Below are positions 59,771 to 64,000 of a stretch of 64,000 nt of DNA, in pieces. The notes beneath the pieces are model-generated. The model ran no database searches, had not been told where the DNA came from, and saw nothing but the letters and a program-made list of their open reading frames with translations. Position numbers and translations under genes: made by a program. The DNA comes from Torpedo marmorata. Its lineage: Eukaryota. The stretch spans positions 20,584,001 through 20,648,000 of the forward strand of contig OZ360242.1 of assembly GCA_977017645.1 (NCBI GenBank), given 5' to 3'. Numbering within the stretch: the first letter of the stretch is position 1; every line of letters starts with the position of its first letter.

Positions 59771-62700
59771 TGAGGTTTCTTAACACAATGCTTTTACTCA
59801 CTGTTGGCTGACTTCCATCTTAGGAAAGAACTCTTTACACACACACACACATACATATACATATGCCACACAGTGGTGCACTACAGTTACTACAGTGAGA
59901 AGGGTGTATTCTTACTCGGTTACAAAATAGTCCACATTATCCTGACTATATAACATCCCTCCTTCTCAAGGTAAAGAAAACATTAGTATTCTTTATCACT
60001 TTCTTTCCAGTGCAACTTAAGTAAATGAACTTATACAATAGCTTATTTACACATGTTTTCATAGCTCTTATCGATATCGCACTGGCTGCAGTATGTTGCT
60101 TTGCCATCTTGTGGATTTGGCTGTGACTGTTAACCTCTGTGTTGCTGGTGCACGTGTAGGTGATGTAGCTTGTTGTGCTTCACCTGACAACTGCTGTGTT
60201 GATGTTTCGGTACTAGTGGTTGTGGTCTCTTCACTTGATACCTCTCTTGCTATTGGTGTTGCAGGCTTTGCTGGTATTGAAGCTTTCTGCTTCATCACAT
60301 CCCGTGTCGGCCGGATATGAATTCTGTTTCTCCTCAGCTGATTGCCAGAGCCTGTCTCGACAATGTATGATCTTGGTGTCTCAGCTTCTCTGATGACCTT
60401 TGCTGGGGTCCATGTTTTCAACCTCGGCTCTTGAATATGTACATGCTGCCCTCTGAAGAGTTCTGGCAATGTTTGTGCATGTTTGTTATAATGCTGGCAA
60501 CCTTCTTGCGTGTCAGCCAGTCTTCTTCTGGTTTCCTCCTGGTCTTCTGGAGGGTGTATTTTGCTTGGCAGAGTTGTTCTATATCTCCTGCCATTTAGGA
60601 GTTCTGCTGGGGACTTCATGTCAGCCCTTAAAGGTGTTGCTCGTAATGATAGAAGAGCTTGGTATGGGTCATCTTTTGTTTCGCGACACTTAACTAGTGT
60701 GCGTTTCGCAGTTTGCACTTGCCTTTCAATGAACCCATGACCTTTAGGGTAGTATGGGGATGATGTATTGATAACAAACCCATACTCTGCAGCCAGCTTT
60801 CTGAATTCTTGTGACGTGAACTGTGTTCCATTGTCACATATTATTTGCTCGGGTATTCCTTGTTCAGCAAGGAGTGCTCTCACTTCTGAGGTGATAGTTG
60901 CCACTCTCAGGTCTTTCACCTTTTTGACGAATGGAAACTTAGAGTAGTAACAGGCTACTATTAAATACCACTCTTGATTCTCGGCGAACAAGTCTGCTCC
61001 CACTGTGTGCCATGGCCTGGCAGGTACTTCTGTGGAAATCATTTCTTCTTTTTGTTGCGTGTTTCTGTACTTTTGGCATACTTGGCATGTAGCCACTATA
61101 TTTTCAATGTCTTTGTATATACCAGTCCAGTACACGGCTGACTTCGCTCTGAGTTTGCATTTCTCCATTCCCATGTGACCTTCATGTATTTTCTGGAGAA
61201 TCTCTTTCTGCATTGTCTCAGGTATAATCAGTCTTGATCCAGCCAGCAGAACACCATTCTCCAACGATACGTCATCTCTGATAGACCAATATTGACATAT
61301 TGCAGGCTGTATCTGCTTTATCCTCTCTGGCCATCCTTGTATTACTTGTTGAGAAAGCATTTGCAATACATCGTCCTCACTGGTTTCTTCTCTGATCTGG
61401 CTTAGTTTATTACTGGTCACGCTGACGAGATGATGTATCTTGATCCCCATGGCTTCCATTTCATTTTTCATTCGGTGAAAGTCATGACAAGATATCAGCA
61501 AGCACCATTTCTTTGCCTGGTTTGTATTTTAAGTCGAAGTCGTAGCATTGTAGTCGTAAAAGTAATCTCTGCAGCCTAGCTGGTGCCTTGTTTAGGTTTT
61601 TCCTATGGATGTGTTCCAGTGGGCAATGATCACTTTCTACTATAAACTTTCTTCCATACAGAAACTTGTGAAACTTTTCGCATCCGTATACGACCGCCAA
61701 CAGTTCCCTTTCGATATTGGCATATCTGGTCTCCGCTGTTGTTAGTGCTTTTGAGGCAAAAGCTATTGGTTTTCTTTCTTGCACCAATGCTGCACCAAGG
61801 CCTCTGTTAGATGCATCTACTTGCAGAGTGAGGGCTTTTTCTCTGTCATAGTATCTCATCTCTACTTCTCTGCATATTATTTATTTGAGCTGGTCAAAGC
61901 TTCTCTGGTGTGATGGTGACCACTGACATTCCACATCTTCTTTCAGCAACTCTCTGATATTTGCTGTGTGGTCTGACATATGTGATATGAAGGAACTCAT
62001 GTATTGGACCTATCCAAGGAAACTTCTGAGTTCCTTTTTGAACTTTGGGTGCTCCATCTCGACAATGGCTTTAACCTTCTCTGGGTTTGGCTTTACCCCA
62101 TCAAGAGTGTACACCATTCCGAAAAATTGGCATTCCTTCTCTTTAATAATGCATTTGTCTGCATTAAGTTTAATTCCAGTTCCTCTTGTTCTCTCCATGG
62201 CCTCATGTAGATGAAGATCATGAGCTTTTCCGTCTCTGCCAAAGACCTGGATGTCGTCCGCGATGCCAACAGCTCCTTTACACCCTCTGTAGGTCTCATC
62301 AATCTTCTGTTGGAACATGTCCTGGCTAACCTTTAGGCCGAAAGGTAATCGCAAGAACTTGTAACGACCAAATGAAGTATTGAACGTTGTTAGTATTGTT
62401 GATTCGTCATCTATTTTCACATTCCAGTATCCATTCTTAGCATCTAGCTTGCTAAAGATTTTGGATCCTGCTAGTTCCACTGTGATGTCTTCTAGTGTCG
62501 GTGTTGGGTAGTGACCACTTTTTATTGCTTGATTTAAGTCTTTAGGGTCTAGACATATTCTCAAGCGGCCATTTGGTTTTTCTTTGACCACCATGGAATT
62601 TACCTAGTCAGTCGGCTCAGTCACTTTGGCTATGACTTGCATCCTTTCCATGTCCTTTAGTTCTTGCTCCAGCTTCTTCTTAAGCTCTAGTGGTACCTTC

Positions 62701-64000
62701 CTTGGTGCATGGACTACTGGTTGGCAGTTTGGATCTATGGTGATGTGATATTCAAAGTCTCCAAAGCATCCAACTGAATCATCAAAGCACTCCGGGTACA
62801 TGCTCATGAGCTCAGCCTTGTTTGTGACAGGAGGTCGGTTTTCCAATGGAGTGTCTCTGTTGATCCTTTTGTATATCTTCTTCGTCTGGATCTCATAATT
62901 GACAGAGATCAACTGCAACTCCTGGCAGCTATCCAGACCTAGAATTGCTGGTCCTTCTGCATCTACCATGTAGATCGTACAGAGGATGTTCCTTCCCTTA
63001 TGGCAGCCATTGATCTTCGTTCTTCCTAGCTGCTTGATCATGAGTCCACCGTAGGCCGTTAATGTGACATTTGTTGTTTCTGATCTTTTGGGTACCCTTT
63101 TATTATGTTTTCTGGGAACATTTGGCGGTATAGCCTGAGTGGAAGGACGTTGCTTTGCGATCCAGTATCCAGCTTCACCTTTAGGTTAAATATCGTAGGC
63201 TTGTTCTGGATTGTCCTCTGTATTTGGATCCTTGTGTGCAACTCGCTTCCTTCTTTCTTCTCACCCGACATTTCGTGAAGGTGTATGGATTCTATGTCCA
63301 GCATCTGGGTGTCGGAGTCCTCATTGATTTTTCCCTTTATGTGGTGGATCCTCCTCTTGTCTTCTTTCTTCACTGGTATTACTGTTTTCTTCATACCAGA
63401 CTTGCACATCTTCGCACAGTGGTTTGCTTTACCACAGGCTCTACATTCAGAACCGTATGCAGGGCATTTATTTCGGTCATTGAAGGAGTGTTGTCTGCCG
63501 CACCTCCTGCAGGTCTTGGGGGTTTGTACTTTTCTGATTGTGTTCTTTATAGCATCAACCCTTCCTTCTCTTTGCTGTGGGTGGGTCTGCATAAATAGAG
63601 ATTTCATTTGCGTCCTCGTGGCTTCGAAGGCTCTGGCTGTGTTTATAGCATCGGCCAGCTTCAAGCTCTCCTTCCCTATAAGAGACTTATGCACTTCGGG
63701 ATGGGCACTCCCCCATATTAGTTGATAAACTAATCTTTCCTCTATATCCTCAAATCTGCATTTTGCAGCAACAATTTTTAGTCTAGTGAGGAAGTTATCA
63801 ACAGTTTCATCAGGCTCTTGCATTAAGCCTTGAAATTCATAGTGTTTAATTCTTTGATTAGACCTGGGTTCAAGGTGAGAAGCAATCTTTGCAAATATCT
63901 GCTTTGGATCATTTTCCTCCACCTCTGTAAGCTGCCAGCTATTAAATAAGTCAAGGCCTCGCTCCCCCGTCCAGAGAAGTATATAACTGACCTTCTCCTC
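59771..64000 (-). mobile_element. Mag-like Gypsy LTR retrotransposon, degenerate, 5' end beyond the window
   Basis: Gag with two knuckles (CRRCGRQH...C, CRACGKANHCAKMC), PR KLDTGS, RT LRICLDP...LPFG...IADD, RNase H VDAS...IERE, IN 60068-61501, PPT GAGAAGGAGGGA, 3' LTR about 59771-59955 (left boundary inferred from a single copy). Confidence 0.9.

Overview
Vertebrate genomic DNA, most likely from a cartilaginous fish (shark or ray). That assignment is inferred from the repeat content: a V-SINE with a CR1 tail, a Deu-domain SINE, and Penelope-like elements with hammerhead motifs. The only host gene is PIGQ (GPI-GlcNAc transferase subunit Q/GPI1) on the + strand. It has a CpG-rich NRF1/ETS promoter near 15.0 kb, a probable non-coding exon 1 ending at 15430, and five coding exons (17322-18010, 33988-34119, 48435-48555, 53686-53812, 54948-55101) that splice into one open frame; the gene continues past the window. 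Most of the remaining sequence is nested transposable elements: two Gmr1-type Gypsy copies (integrase before RT, SCAN-like Gag) plus a solo LTR, two Mag-like Gypsy elements, a CsRn1-type Gypsy, a full-length and several truncated L1s, Rex1/Babar and CR1 fragments, Penelope-like inverted repeats, and hAT, Harbinger and Tc2-type non-autonomous DNA transposons. I found no novel host protein system. The most interesting signals lie in the mobile elements: (1) a young Gypsy with no tRNA primer site but a perfect 14-nt complement to its own LTR poly(A) signal, a YLDN RT motif and an antisense YY1/ETS motif cluster; (2) a 137-bp palindrome with a hammerhead-like motif just upstream of the PIGQ promoter; (3) a non-coding LINE-tailed element inserted twice into one LTR; (4) an L1 with an 82-bp target-site duplication; (5) two uORFs ending just before the PIGQ start codon. 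All coordinates were read by eye and no searches were run.
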